Below are positions 32,303-33,141 of a stretch of DNA of 33,141 bases, piece after piece; position 1 is the stretch's first letter, and each line of letters opens with the position of its first letter. The stretch comes from an uncultured Kiritimatiellota bacterium (GTDB taxonomy: Bacteria > Verrucomicrobiota > Kiritimatiellia > RFP12 > UBA1067). A program made the position numbers and the translations under genes. The notes below the pieces were generated by a model, which did no database searches, was not told where the DNA came from, and saw nothing but the letters and a program-made list of their open reading frames with translations. The stretch lies in assembly GCA_934667295.1 (NCBI GenBank), contig CAKULR010000001.1, positions 1-33,141 on the forward strand. The letters run 5' to 3'.

Positions 32303-33141
32303 TCATCGGAGTTTATCAACTCCTTTCATTGCCGGAACAATAAATGCCGTCTTCCCCGGATCGACCTTCACGCCGAGTTCGCGGAAGAGCGGGAAAAGAT
32401 CCTTCTTCGCCGCCCGCCCCAGGAGGGCCACCACGTCGTCCAGCGACAGCGCGCGCGGCTGCGGCAGGAGCGCAGTGGCGGCGATCTTCTCGCGGGCGTA
32501 CTGCTCCAGCAGCTTCGGGCAGTCCGCGCGCGTCAGCTCCAGCGCGAGGAAGACCTTGCCGGTGCGCAGCGTCGCGCGGTCGGCGGACGCGAGCGGCGGA
32601 CGGCCCGGCAGATTCGCGGACCCGTCCAGGTCGTAGATCCGCATGTCGGGGTCGAGCAGCCGCGCGTCGTTGACCGCCTTCAGAACGGCTCTGTACGCCT
32701 CCGCCCGCGTCTCGGGCACCGTCGCCATGCGGCGGTACATCGCGTAGCGGCGCAGCTCGGGCGCGATGGTCTCCACGAACGCGGAGGCGTTCGGGCGCGG
32801 CCGCGCAGGCACCGGAGCCGGCGTCGTGCTCGGCTGCGGCGCGGGCTTCGCGACGGCGGGGGACTCCTCGGCGGACGGCTGCGGCGCGAGCGCGGAGGCG
32901 AGTTCGTCGGATGCGGATGCCTCGGCGACGGGCGCCGTAGGCGATGCGGACGACGGCGCCTCCACCCCTCCGGCTGGGACGGGTGTCTCGGTCGTCGTCA
33001 GGACGGAAAGCGGATCGGGCGGGAGCGACGGCGCAGACGGCGACGCGGGTAGTTCCGGACGCAGCGACTTCACGAGCATGGCCATGCCCATCACGCCCAG
33101 CACGAGGGCGGAGGCGAGGGCGGAAAGGCCGATCCACAGGC
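32303..33141 (-). CDS. Membrane-anchored Pro/Ala/Ser-rich protein of unknown function; the N-terminus lies beyond the right edge of the window
   Basis: The frame is open to the window end (..LWIGLSALASALVLGVMGMAMLVKSL, a TM helix). A proline-rich linker follows, then a globular C-terminal domain (ETIAPELRRYAMYRRMATVPETRAEAYRAVLKAVNDARLLDPD...). I recognise no family. Confidence 0.5.
   Translation of the reverse strand, partial: LWIGLSALASALVLGVMGMAMLVKSLRPELPASPSAPSLPPDPLSVLTTTETPVPAGGVEAPSSASPTAPVAEASASDELASALAPQPSAEESPAVAKPAPQPSTTPAPVPARPRPNASAFVETIAPELRRYAMYRRMATVPETRAEAYRAVLKAVNDARLLDPDMRIYDLDGSANLPGRPPLASADRATLRTGKVFLALELTRADCPKLLEQYAREKIAATALLPQPRALSLDDVVALLGRAAKKDLFPLFRELGVKVDPGKTAFIVPAMKGVDKLR

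Overview
This is 33.1 kb of G+C-rich bacterial chromosome. Every gene I can support (about 30) lies on the minus strand. The long plus-strand ORFs in the track are antisense shadows typical of high-GC DNA. A Minf_1886-like protein and secreted propeller-type glycosidases suggest the PVC superphylum, but that is inference only.

Reading the minus strand from right to left:
- a membrane-anchored Pro-rich protein (partial);
- HIT / Minf_1886-like / sugar-phosphate isomerase TIM barrel / GT2 glycosyltransferase / TSCPD protein;
- a class-C beta-lactamase-fold serine hydrolase;
- an AraC regulator;
- an eight-gene operon (26365 to 18128) that encodes only exported proteins;
- a DUF3127 OB-fold protein with an SSB-like DDLPF tail;
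- prmC;
- a stand-alone EF-G;
- an orphan secreted protein in a repeat-rich, lower-GC patch;
- an AI-2E transporter;
- a DEAD-box helicase;
- a visibly lower-GC Type II restriction-modification pair (Dam-like m6A methyltransferase plus wHTH-HNH nuclease);
- two secreted glycosidases;
- purB;
- a small Lys/Ala-rich lipoprotein;
- dnaG (partial, missing from the ORF track because it has no stop in the window).

The best candidate for an undescribed system is the eight-gene envelope operon. It has four lipoproteins and four SPase-I secreted proteins, built from LPP20/FlgP-like, CsgG/LpoB-like, YcfL/DUF1425 and TPR-like modules. It contains no enzyme, ATPase or known cargo.

Non-coding structure is also rich:
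- three TGnTAnnnT extended -10 boxes sit 6-7 nt from start codons that lack an SD (leaderless candidates);
- several REP-like palindrome families;
- a two-copy 30-nt repeat;
- a TTAAGTAG octamer array with an inverted partner;
- a perfect 22-bp inverted repeat enclosing an AT-rich core.

I found no rRNA, tRNA, transposase, integrase or bona fide CRISPR array.
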